Assembly (NCBI GenBank): GCA_963662405.2
Contig: CAXXKT010000001.1
Span: forward strand, 800,001 to 864,000
Source of the DNA: Syntrophales bacterium
GTDB lineage: Bacteria; Desulfobacterota; Syntrophia; Syntrophales; UBA2210
Direction: 5' to 3'
Length of the DNA stretch: 64,000 nt
Shown here: positions 20,957-30,275 of the stretch, piece after piece
Layout of the letters: each line of letters opens with the position of its first letter
Numbering within the stretch: the first letter of the stretch is position 1
Translations under genes and position numbers: made by a program
Notes under the pieces: model-generated
Database searches by the model: none
What the model was told of the DNA's origin: nothing
The model's input: only the letters and a program-made list of their open reading frames with translations

Positions 20957-21388
20957 TAGCCCTGTGCCATATCTCCCACAGTTGCGAGTAGTATAGAAGA
21001 GGGATCTATCGCTGTCAATGGAGAAGCATCGGTCGCTATCCGACTCGGAGAGAGACTATGCCAGAGTGACATGGCTGTGTCAGAGTGGCATTACAGGGGG
21101 GAATCTCCGAAGCACCATGCACGGGACAACCCGTTCGCCCTTACTGATATGTCATCCAGACATAAGGGTTTGCTCAAGCGCTCTTCCTGTCTCCGGGCGT
21201 TATCTCCCTCATTATATGAGCAATAGAGGGATATCGAAGACTTGCCGGTGCTGGCATGATTTGTGTTACATTGAGGAGGGTGAAGAGGCGTTCCAATGAT
21301 ATTGACGCAGTGAATGAACTGTTTTCCCGGGAAGGTGTTCTCCGTTGGTCTTGCCGCTTCCTCCTATATCCGAACGAGGATCCGTCAA

Positions 21389-22315
21389 ATGATGACTCCG
21401 GAACAATATAGAAAAAGCCTGGATGATCTCAATCTGAATCTCTACATCCGGGGCGTGAGGAAGTCCCACCCGTATGATTATCCAGCTGCCTGTCGTTCTC
21501 GTGATGCGGTGGCCGGTACATACGAAATGGCCGGAATGCCGGAGTACGAACAGGTCATGATCGCGAAATCCCACATTACGGGTGCCAGAATCAATCGGTT
21601 TAACCACATCAGCCAGACCATCGATGATGTAATCAAACAGGTGCGGCTAAACAGCCTCTTTCATCACGATAATAGAGATTGCTTCCAGCGAACACGGGGA
21701 ATGAATGCCCTTCACGCCCTTTCCATTACAACCGGCGACATCGATGCCGCAGAGGGGACAAATCATCACGGACGGTTTCTCAACTACCTTCAGTACATTC
21801 AGGAAAACGACCTCACCTGCGATGGTTCGCTTATCGATCCGTGGACGAGCGAAATCGGATATATTCCCCCTCACCGGAATCCGAACGCTGATTCCCTGCT
21901 GCACACGGTGGGGGAAACGCCGAACGGCGCCGTGCTCTGTGGGATGAAGGCATGCGGGGTGGGTGTCTTAAGTTCTCATGAACTTATTGTGCTCCCAACC
22001 ATGGCCATGAGGAAACAAGACGAGCGGTACGCCCTTTCTTTTGCACTGCCGAGCGACACCGAAGGGCTCACCTTTATCATCGCTCCCGAAGGTCATGGAG
22101 ACATGAGCGGGAGAGACGACATCGGTACCCGGACTATGGGAGCAATCCGAGATCATGAGATACTGTGTGTCTTTGATAACGTCATCGTTCCCTGGGAACG
22201 GATCTTTCTGTACCGGGCATTTGAATCCCCCGAGCAGATGGGGAATCTGCTCGGGCTCTCGTTTTGTTTCGGAGCAGACAGTACAGACATACAGATCGGG
22301 GCCAAGGGGAAGTGA
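21389..22315 (+). pseudogene. Diverged, C-terminally truncated 4-hydroxybutyryl-CoA dehydratase/HpaB family gene
   Basis: MMTPEQYRKSL, TGARINRFNHI, CFQR, YIQENDLTCDG, FDNVIVPWERIFL; 308 aa against about 490 aa for the family. Confidence 0.7.
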
Positions 22316-22660
22316 TGGGTCAAATCTTCATGCATTCATACCCTCATAATCGATTATGCGTTGAACAGAACGAAGATTTGGCTCCTCCTCCCTGAGCCCC
22401 CCGGTTCACTTCTATACTCCTCCCCATAAAAAGCGGCAGGGGATTTGTGTATCCCGGCAATCGACGGGAGTCGAAACGGAGCTTCACACTGTCTCCGGGT
22501 TGAGCATTCAACTGCACAAATATCTTGACAAAAAGAACTGATAATGTAATGCTTCCCCGGTGTTCATGGGGGAGAGGGCGTTTCAGATTGGATGGCAATG
22601 CGCAGCATTGAACGAAGAGGTGGGCTTGGCTCTCTTTTTCGGAAATCAAAGGAGGAAGGA

Positions 22661-23056
22661 ATGAAAATAGTTGTCGGGTACAAAGAGTCGAAAATGTCCA
22701 AGTCGATCCTGGATCTGGTCAAGCAGCATGCAAAGGCATTTGATGCAAAGGTCTACCTCGTCTCGTCTCTCGAAGGTGGTGTCGGTGAAAAGATAGAAGA
22801 AATCGACGTTGCCAACGGGGAATTGAGTTATGCGGAAGGGGTCCTGAAAGAAGCAGGGATCGATGCCGAGACGGAGTTACTGATCCGCGGTCTTTCCCCC
22901 GGTGAGGACATCATCGAATTTGCAAAGGACAAAGAGGCCGACGAGATCATCGTCGGTGTCAAAATGAGATCGAAGGTGGGTAAATTCATACTCGGCTCAA
23001 CCGCCCAGTATGTTATTCTCAACGCGGATTGCCCCGTTGTGAGCATCAAAGCGTAA
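22661..23056 (+). CDS. Universal stress protein
   Basis: MKIVVGY...PGEDIIEFA...IIVG...FILGSTAQYVILNADCPVVSIK; SD GGAGG. Confidence 0.93.
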   Translation: MKIVVGYKESKMSKSILDLVKQHAKAFDAKVYLVSSLEGGVGEKIEEIDVANGELSYAEGVLKEAGIDAETELLIRGLSPGEDIIEFAKDKEADEIIVGVKMRSKVGKFILGSTAQYVILNADCPVVSIKA

Positions 23057-23140
23057 CAGGGACCGATCAGGGGAAATCTGTCCAGCACGCGAAGAGCGGT
23101 CTGAAGATTTCCCCTTTCCATGCAGCTATCACCGGTGTAG

Positions 23141-23171
23141 GATACCCTCTCCGGTCTTCGGAGAGGGTATC
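23141..23171. terminator. Perfect 13-bp hairpin downstream of the usp gene
   Basis: GATACCCTCTCCG-GTCTT-CGGAGAGGGTATC. Confidence 0.5.
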
Positions 23172-23252
23172 TTCACGGATACAGTCGTGACTCGAACAGT
23201 CGCCGTTTTTCTCTTTGCCTGTGTGTTACGCAAGGGCATTGAAGGGGCGCCT

Positions 23253-24584
23253 ATGCATCAATACCGTGTGTTGATTATCGGATCGGGTCCCGCAGGACTT
23301 TTCGCCGCCCTCTGGCTTGAACGGGCGGGGATTGATAGGATCGGAATCGTCGATCGTCGCTCCTATCCCGCCGGGGGATTGCTCAATGACGGCAAACTGA
23401 ATTTTGACTACCGGATCGGGATCGATCTCGGTGAACTGCAGATCGATCGCGCCACGGCTGATGTCCTGATGGAAGATGTCAAGCGGGTTTTCACGGGCTT
23501 TCCCCGCTGCCAGCAGGTGACTTTTACCGATCATACCGAACAGATCCAGGGATTGCGGGACATCGCGGAGGAACACAGCGCCCGGTTCATCGCCACGGAA
23601 CAGTGGCACTGGGGAACCGATAACGGGAGGGCGGTGGTCGATTATCTAAGAAGCCTCCTCAAGAAAACGGATTTTCTGCTGGGAACGGAGGTGCTCACCA
23701 TCGAACAGGATGATGACGATTGTTTCCGTCTCACCGGAAGCTGCGAAGGAGAATCGATATGTTATACCGCCGGGTGTGTCCTCGCCGCCCCCGGACGGAG
23801 CGGCGCCTACTGGTTCAGGGATGTGTCGGGAAAGATCGGTGTCGAGCACAACTTCGGCCCCATTGATGTGGGAATCCGACTCGAATTGAACAGAAGATTT
23901 TATAATCCTGTTACCGATATCGTCTACGATCCCAAATTCATATTCCGTACCGCAAGACACGACGACACGGTCAGGACCTTTTGCACAAATCCCGGCGGAC
24001 GGGTCCGGGTGGAGGACTATCTGCAGTTTAAACTGATCAACGGTGACGCCCTTTCCGATCGAAAGACGGCAAATACGAATTTTGCTTTGATCAACACCAT
24101 TGCTCTCACCAAGCCCTTTTCCGACACGACGGGATTCGGTCAAATGATCGCCAAACAGTTTTTCCTTCTGGGAGGAGGGAAACCGGTTGTTCAAAGGATC
24201 GGGGACTTTCGGGAGGGGAGACGGAGCGCCGCGGCGACCTTTAACAGTTCCGCTCGCCGGTTCGCTGAATGTGAGGCTACCTGCAACGCCACCCCCGGGG
24301 ATATCACGCTGGGGATGCCCGCCCGTATCATGGACAATCTCTGGGAATCTCTCAAGAAACTCGACAAGATCGCTCCCGGTATCCTGCACCCCTCCACCCT
24401 CATGTATGCGCCGGAGATCAAGTTTTTTGACACGCACTTCCCGACGGACCGGCACCTCGAAACGAACGTGCCTGGGATCTTTGTCGCCGGTGACGGGACG
24501 GGCAAGAGCCGCGGTATCGTGGGAGCAGGGGTTTCGGGGATTATCGCGGCGAAGGGAATAATCGAAAAACACTTTGCATCTTAA
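23253..24584 (+). CDS. FAD-dependent oxidoreductase (uncharacterised flavoprotein family)
   Basis: IIGSGPAG, DGKLN, APGRSG, VRTFCTNPGG, YAPEIKF, VAGDG. Confidence 0.88.
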   Translation: MHQYRVLIIGSGPAGLFAALWLERAGIDRIGIVDRRSYPAGGLLNDGKLNFDYRIGIDLGELQIDRATADVLMEDVKRVFTGFPRCQQVTFTDHTEQIQGLRDIAEEHSARFIATEQWHWGTDNGRAVVDYLRSLLKKTDFLLGTEVLTIEQDDDDCFRLTGSCEGESICYTAGCVLAAPGRSGAYWFRDVSGKIGVEHNFGPIDVGIRLELNRRFYNPVTDIVYDPKFIFRTARHDDTVRTFCTNPGGRVRVEDYLQFKLINGDALSDRKTANTNFALINTIALTKPFSDTTGFGQMIAKQFFLLGGGKPVVQRIGDFREGRRSAAATFNSSARRFAECEATCNATPGDITLGMPARIMDNLWESLKKLDKIAPGILHPSTLMYAPEIKFFDTHFPTDRHLETNVPGIFVAGDGTGKSRGIVGAGVSGIIAAKGIIEKHFAS

Positions 24585-24694
24585 GGGGATACCTTCGACG
24601 GTCAGGGACGATCGCAATATAGCGGAGCCGAAAAGGACTTGTCATTTCACCTGCAGATGCGTATGGCCTGTTCCCGGGTAGAGATGGAGGCAAA

Positions 24695-24985
24695 ATGAAA
24701 CAACGCGATGATATCATAACGACACTCGCTCAAATATCCGATATTGAGGAGATGAAATCATTCATTGACGAGATCCTTACGCCCAGAGAAATCCAGGATC
24801 TTTTTCTTCGTTGGACGTTGCTGCAGGAACTCGACAGGGGGAAAACACAGAGAAGCATTGCGGCCAACTATGGCATCAGCCTCTGCAAGATCACCCGGGG
24901 ATCGAAGATATTGAAAAAAGATCGGTCCGTTGTTAAGAAATATCTACGGAAGGGAAACCCGCGGGACACCAGCGATTCTCCGTGA
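24695..24985 (+). CDS. TrpR/YerC-like repressor
   Basis: ILTPREIQDLFLRW...TQRSIAANYGISLCKITRGS; SD GGAGG. Confidence 0.85.
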   Translation: MKQRDDIITTLAQISDIEEMKSFIDEILTPREIQDLFLRWTLLQELDRGKTQRSIAANYGISLCKITRGSKILKKDRSVVKKYLRKGNPRDTSDSP

Positions 24986-25038
24986 GACCCGATACCCGGG
25001 AGCGAGAACCGCCTTCGTATCTGGTGGTCCATACCCTC

Positions 25039-27132
25039 CTATGAATAGTGCTTCGTCTGATTGGCATGTTCAGACGACACGTTGGAGCGCACGGGTCTTT
25101 TTGCCAATTTTTCCTGGTACATGCGTTTGTCCGCCCTGTTTCGGACACCGGAGAGAGACATCCCTTTGTGCCCTGTCGCTACGCCGATGGAAAGGCTGAG
25201 TAAAAATGGGGGGTGATCCTTATTGTGGATCACCAAGGCATCCCGTACGCGCCTGATGATTTCCTCGGTGACCCGGGCGTTCGTCCCGGGAAGGATCACG
25301 GCGAATTCATCTCCCCCGATCCGAGCCACCGTATCCTCTGTGCGAAAGGATTCGCGCAACACCTGCGCCGTCCGTTTCAACAGCTCGTCTCCCGCTTGAT
25401 GTCCCTGAGAATCGTTTACTTCTTTTAATCCATCCAGATCCATCATCACAATACTCACCGGGAATTCTCTCCCCCGTTCGAGACGGGCAATTTCTTCCTC
25501 GAAATAGATTCTATTATATAAATTCGTCAGACCGTCGTGGGTCCCCATATACCGGAGACGGTCCTCAATCCCTTTTCGTGCGGTAATATCGATCAGAGAG
25601 ACCACACTCTGGCCGGTTTCCGGGATTAAGGACAGGGTGAGGTAGACATCCACCGGCCGACCGTTACGCCGCACTAAGCTGAATTCATACTGTGACGGGG
25701 CGGCATCCGGGTCTCTCCTTCGTATCTCGTTATATTCCTTCATGCGGGCGATATCCTTCTGCGCCACAAATTCCGTCCATTTCTTTTTCCTCTCGACCTC
25801 ACCGGCCGAATACCCGACCATCTCCTCCAGTCCGCTGTTTACCATCGATATCGTTGTGTCCTTTTCCAGGATCATCATGGCGGTTCCGCTGTTCTCGATG
25901 ATAGTCCGGTAGCGTATCTCCGATGCGCGCAGTTCCTCTTCCATCCTCTTCCGGTCCGTAATATCCATGGAACTTCCCAGGGTCGCCGATTCCCCTTCGA
26001 ACATAATGGGGGTAACGGTCTCGATGATCCAGCGGATTGCACCCGTCTTTGTCACCATGCGATACTCATAGAAGGATATTCGCTCACCTTTCAGCATCTC
26101 TCTGGCGTATCGTCGTAACGCCTCACGGTCGTCGGGATGGACGATACCCATGGGATCTTTCCCCATCAACTCCTCCGGTGTATGATCGGTATACCCCGCG
26201 GCCCGGGCGTTGATATAGAGGAATTTTCCCTTCCGGATGACGTAGATGCCGGCAAATGACTGTTCCGCAACGACCTGATACAACCTTTGCGCCCGTCTCT
26301 TCTCCGTCAGGTCGCGGGTAATGCCGCAAAAACCGGTAGGAGCGCCTGCCCTGTCCCTCATCAGCGTCGCCGAGGCACTGACAACCCTCCTCGTACCATC
26401 GGGGCGTATAATCTCATAGTCCGCCAGCTCTCCCGGCTTTCCCGTCCGGTAGATATCGCGGTAGATCTCATACAACTTTTTTGCCGTCTCCGGCGTGAGG
26501 TATTCGCGATTGTTCACTCCGATCAGATCTTCGTATGGGGTATCGGCAATCTTGCAGATGGCATCGTTGCAGAAGGTGAAATTTCCGGCGAGATCTACTT
26601 CGTAGTAGCCGTCCTCGATCGTGTCGAGGATCGTACGGTATCGCGCTTCGCTTTCTCGGAGGGCTTCCTCCATCTGCACCCGGGCGGTTACATCACGCTC
26701 AAGACCGTAGAAACCTGAAGGATTTCCCTCCGCATCACGCATCAGATAGGCCGAGATGTCCACGACCCTCCTCCCGCCGTTTTTGAGAGAAAGCTCATAT
26801 TCCGTCACCCGTGCCGGCTGCCCCGTCCGGTAGACTTCATTGAAGATCCGATAGATGTGTCGGGAGGTTTCCGGGCTGTTATATTCCCTGTTGCTCATCC
26901 CGATCAACTCGTCGAATGAATGATCCAGGATCTTGCACATCGCATCATTAACAAAGGTAAATTTTCCTGCAAGATCGGTTTCGAAATATCCTTCGGTGAG
27001 ATTTTTTGCCAGGGCTCGGGGATATGATCGGCTGTCAGGCAGGGTATTTGATTGTTCTGATGAAGAAATCCGCTGCCGGAGGGTATGCAGTTCCTGGATC
27101 AATTCCTGTTTTGTTTTTTGTTCATCATTCAT
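25039..27132 (-). CDS. Diguanylate cyclase with four PAS domains
   Basis: Four PAS/PAC units, HDGLTNLYNR, RTEDTVARIGGDEF (intact GGDEF and RxxD I-site). Confidence 0.93.
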   Translation of the reverse strand: MNDEQKTKQELIQELHTLRQRISSSEQSNTLPDSRSYPRALAKNLTEGYFETDLAGKFTFVNDAMCKILDHSFDELIGMSNREYNSPETSRHIYRIFNEVYRTGQPARVTEYELSLKNGGRRVVDISAYLMRDAEGNPSGFYGLERDVTARVQMEEALRESEARYRTILDTIEDGYYEVDLAGNFTFCNDAICKIADTPYEDLIGVNNREYLTPETAKKLYEIYRDIYRTGKPGELADYEIIRPDGTRRVVSASATLMRDRAGAPTGFCGITRDLTEKRRAQRLYQVVAEQSFAGIYVIRKGKFLYINARAAGYTDHTPEELMGKDPMGIVHPDDREALRRYAREMLKGERISFYEYRMVTKTGAIRWIIETVTPIMFEGESATLGSSMDITDRKRMEEELRASEIRYRTIIENSGTAMMILEKDTTISMVNSGLEEMVGYSAGEVERKKKWTEFVAQKDIARMKEYNEIRRRDPDAAPSQYEFSLVRRNGRPVDVYLTLSLIPETGQSVVSLIDITARKGIEDRLRYMGTHDGLTNLYNRIYFEEEIARLERGREFPVSIVMMDLDGLKEVNDSQGHQAGDELLKRTAQVLRESFRTEDTVARIGGDEFAVILPGTNARVTEEIIRRVRDALVIHNKDHPPFLLSLSIGVATGHKGMSLSGVRNRADKRMYQEKLAKRPVRSNVSSEHANQTKHYS

Positions 27133-27325
27133 CTCTTCGCCCCCGATACAAAGAGCAATGAATCACAACAGCGGATAATCCATACGGATAGGAGAGGCGA
27201 GTGGAAAAGCCACACCGCCTACCTCTTAGTACCGATTTTTGGAAAAATTGCAAGAGAAATATGTCATTCCCTACAGGACGGAAAGATTCCCGATCGCCGC
27301 TCGGTCGCTGGTTTTTTCGATATCA

Positions 27326-28273
27326 TCACTCAATCGGCGATAAGAATTTCCCCTGCCAGGAATCTCTCCGTTCCAGTTCGTCATCGATCGCGTTGATGAC
27401 CGACATCTTGTTGGTCCCCCATGCGGGGGCCAGGTAGATATCCCGGTAGCCATCGGCGGTGAGTCGTTGGATCACCACCTCGGGAGGAAGGATTTCGAGG
27501 ATGTCGCAGACGGTGGCGACGTACTCCTCCCGGGATATCATCCGGATCTCTCCCCTTTGGTAGAGATCGCCGAGGGGGGTGCCGGCGAGGGCGAGAAGGA
27601 GGTGGATCTTGATCCCCTGGATGGGCAGAGACGCCAGTACCCGTGCCGTCTGCAGCATGTCCTCCCGGGTCTCCCCCGGGAGACCGACGATGATATGGAC
27701 ACAGATATTGACACCGCGTCCCGCGGTTCGCTCCACTGCGTCGAGAAAGATGTCGGCGTGGTGCCCCCGGTTGATCAGTTCGAGGGTCCGGTCATGGATC
27801 GACTGGAGACCGTATTCCAGCCACACGTGCCGGTCCTCGGCATATGCCTCGAAGAGATCAAGGACCTCTCCGGGGACGCAGTCGGGACGCGTTCCGACGG
27901 ATATGCCGACGATATCGTCCGGGGACAGGGCCTCGTCATAGAGGGGTTTGAGCTGCTCCACGGGGGCATAGGTATTGGTGGCGGTCTGAAAATAGGCGAT
28001 GAACTTCTGGGCCCCGCGCTTCCCCCGGTAGAAAGTCTTTCCCGTTTCGATCTGTTCGGTCACCGTCGGGAGTGGGGTTCCCTGTTGCCGCAACCGCGAG
28101 AAGCGACCATCGCAATAAATACACCCGCCGCGCCCCACCGTCCCGTCACGGTTGGGACAGGTGAATCCGGCGTCGATCTGCAGCTTGTAGACCTTGCACC
28201 CGAACCGGTTGACGAAGAAGGACTTCAGGTCATAGTATCGCTTCGAATTGTTCCAGAATGGTGGCTTCGGCAT
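27326..28273 (-). CDS. TIGR01212-type radical SAM protein (YhcC/YtqA-MnmL-like)
   Basis: IDAGFTCPNRDG...GGCIYC, AYFQTATNTYAP, GTRPDC, EYGLQS, GIKIH, IQRLT. Confidence 0.9.
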   Translation of the reverse strand: MPKPPFWNNSKRYYDLKSFFVNRFGCKVYKLQIDAGFTCPNRDGTVGRGGCIYCDGRFSRLRQQGTPLPTVTEQIETGKTFYRGKRGAQKFIAYFQTATNTYAPVEQLKPLYDEALSPDDIVGISVGTRPDCVPGEVLDLFEAYAEDRHVWLEYGLQSIHDRTLELINRGHHADIFLDAVERTAGRGVNICVHIIVGLPGETREDMLQTARVLASLPIQGIKIHLLLALAGTPLGDLYQRGEIRMISREEYVATVCDILEILPPEVVIQRLTADGYRDIYLAPAWGTNKMSVINAIDDELERRDSWQGKFLSPIE

Positions 28274-28369
28274 GACGGTCCCCGTGGCGCCTTATTTTTT
28301 TATTGTCTTTTCCCGGGCAATGCTATTAGACTGACACCATTAATTCAAGCTATTATCTACGGTGGAGAA

Positions 28370-30265
28370 ATGAGCTTTCCGAAACGGTTTGATGTGATCG
28401 TCGTCGGTGCCGGACATGCCGGTTGTGAGGCGGCACTGGCTGCGGCCCGGATGGGGTGCCGGACGCTTCTCTTCAACATCAATCTCGATTCGATCGCGCT
28501 GATGTCCTGCAACCCCGCCATCGGGGGACTTGCCAAGGGGCAGTTGGTGAAGGAGATCGACGCCCTCGGCGGTGAGATGGGAAGGATCGCCGACCGGACG
28601 GCCTGTCACTTCAGGGTCCTGAACCGGTCCAAGGGACCCGCCGTCCAGTCCTCACGCGTCCAGTGCGACAAACAGCTCTATCGGCTCGCCATGAAGGAAG
28701 TGGTGGAGCGACAACCCCATCTGTATATCAGACAGGCCCTGGTGGAAAAAATCGTCGTCGAGGGAGGGACGGTCACCGGCGTCCTCGACAACACCGGATT
28801 CTTCTTCGGGGGAGAGACGGTGGTTATCACCACCGGGACCTTTCTCAACGGCCTCGTCCATATCGGTACGTCGCGACAGTCTGCCGGGCGTGCGGGTGAG
28901 ATCGCCTCCATCGGACTGGCCGACTCTCTCAAGGACTTGGGATTCGATATCGGACGGATGAAGACGGGGACCCCGCCGCGTCTGCGCGCCTCGTCGATCG
29001 ACTTCTCGGTCATGGAACGGCAGGACAGCGACCCGGATCCGCGTCCCTTTTCCTTTACCACCGAGCGGTTGCGGGAAGAGCGATTGCCCTCTTATTTCGC
29101 CGCCACCACCCCCGCAACGCACCGGCTGATCCGGGACAACATCCAACAATCTCCCCTCTATTCCGGCGCCATCACGGGGGTCAGTGCGCGCTACTGCCCC
29201 TCGCTGGAAGACAAGGTGATGCGCTTTGCCGACAAGGAGAGCCATCCGGTGGTCCTGGAATTCGAAGGTCTCGAGACGGAGGAGATCTACGCGAAGGGGC
29301 TGGGGAACAGCCTCCCCCTGGGGCTCCAGGATGACCTGGTTCACTCCGTCCCCGGGCTCGAACAGGCGGAGATCATGCGGAGCGCCTACGCCATCGAGTA
29401 CGACTTCGTCCAACCTACACAACTGACGCAGACCCTCGAGACAAAGCTCGTACAGGGGCTGTACCTCGCCGGACAGATCAACGGGACATCCGGATACGAG
29501 GAGGCGGCGGCCCAAGGGATGTGGGCCGGGATCAACGCCGCCCTCGCGGTGCGGAAACGCCCCCCCTTCATCCTCGATCGTTCCGAGGCGTATATGGGAG
29601 TCCTGGTGGATGACCTGATCACGCGAGGGGTCGACGAGCCCTATCGAATGTTCACCTCCCGGGCGGAATACCGACTGATCCTGAGGGAGGACAACGCGAC
29701 CATCCGCCTCATGGGGAGGGGGTGCGACCTGGGACTCATTGCGCGCGATCGATACCATGATCTGCAGGAACAGGTGCGTGAAATCGAGCGCCTGACGCTG
29801 GGTCTTACCGCCAGAAGGGTGTTTCCCTCCGCCGAGGTGAACACGGTCCTGGAAGGGATCCCGACTCCCACCATCAGGACCCCCGTCACCTTCGCTCACC
29901 TTTTAAAGCGACCGGAAATCGCATACGATAACCTGAAGGTTCTGGACGGGTGGGAGGAAATCCCGGACCGGGACGTGAAACGGCAGGTGGAAATAGCGAT
30001 CAAATACGAGGGGTACATCAAACGGCAACTCGAGTCGGTGGAACGCTTCAAGGGAATGGAGAAAAAAAAGATTCCCCCCGGATTCGATTACGGGATCGTC
30101 CCCGGTCTCTCAAATGAGCTCAGGAAAAAGTTGTCATCCATACAGCCGGCCTCCATCGGTCAGGCGCAGCGGATATCAGGGATGACCCAGGCGGCCCTGA
30201 CCGCCGTTCTCGTCTCGCTGAAAAAGGCCGAGGCGGGCGGCGGGAAACAGGCCCAGAACAATTGA
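28370..30265 (+). CDS. mnmG: tRNA U34 carboxymethylaminomethyl modification enzyme MnmG
   Basis: VVGAGHAGCEAA, MSCNPAIGG, KTGTPPR, RYCPSLEDK, AGQINGTSGYEEAAAQG; start corrected to ATG 28370. Confidence 0.97.
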   Translation: MSFPKRFDVIVVGAGHAGCEAALAAARMGCRTLLFNINLDSIALMSCNPAIGGLAKGQLVKEIDALGGEMGRIADRTACHFRVLNRSKGPAVQSSRVQCDKQLYRLAMKEVVERQPHLYIRQALVEKIVVEGGTVTGVLDNTGFFFGGETVVITTGTFLNGLVHIGTSRQSAGRAGEIASIGLADSLKDLGFDIGRMKTGTPPRLRASSIDFSVMERQDSDPDPRPFSFTTERLREERLPSYFAATTPATHRLIRDNIQQSPLYSGAITGVSARYCPSLEDKVMRFADKESHPVVLEFEGLETEEIYAKGLGNSLPLGLQDDLVHSVPGLEQAEIMRSAYAIEYDFVQPTQLTQTLETKLVQGLYLAGQINGTSGYEEAAAQGMWAGINAALAVRKRPPFILDRSEAYMGVLVDDLITRGVDEPYRMFTSRAEYRLILREDNATIRLMGRGCDLGLIARDRYHDLQEQVREIERLTLGLTARRVFPSAEVNTVLEGIPTPTIRTPVTFAHLLKRPEIAYDNLKVLDGWEEIPDRDVKRQVEIAIKYEGYIKRQLESVERFKGMEKKKIPPGFDYGIVPGLSNELRKKLSSIQPASIGQAQRISGMTQAALTAVLVSLKKAEAGGGKQAQNN

Positions 30266-30275
30266 GGGGGATGCG

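Noticed and set aside
21046..21180. Glycine riboswitch-like GGAGAGAGAC...CCGAAG
   Set aside because: The 3' CUCUCAGG element and closing stem are missing
22313..22400. UGA readthrough restoring the AbfD C-terminus
   Set aside because: The downstream in-frame translation shows no AbfD resemblance
27467..28369. 300-aa N-terminal extension of MnmG in the 932-aa ORF
   Set aside because: Antisense shadow of the TIGR01212 gene; MnmG similarity and an SD begin at 28370
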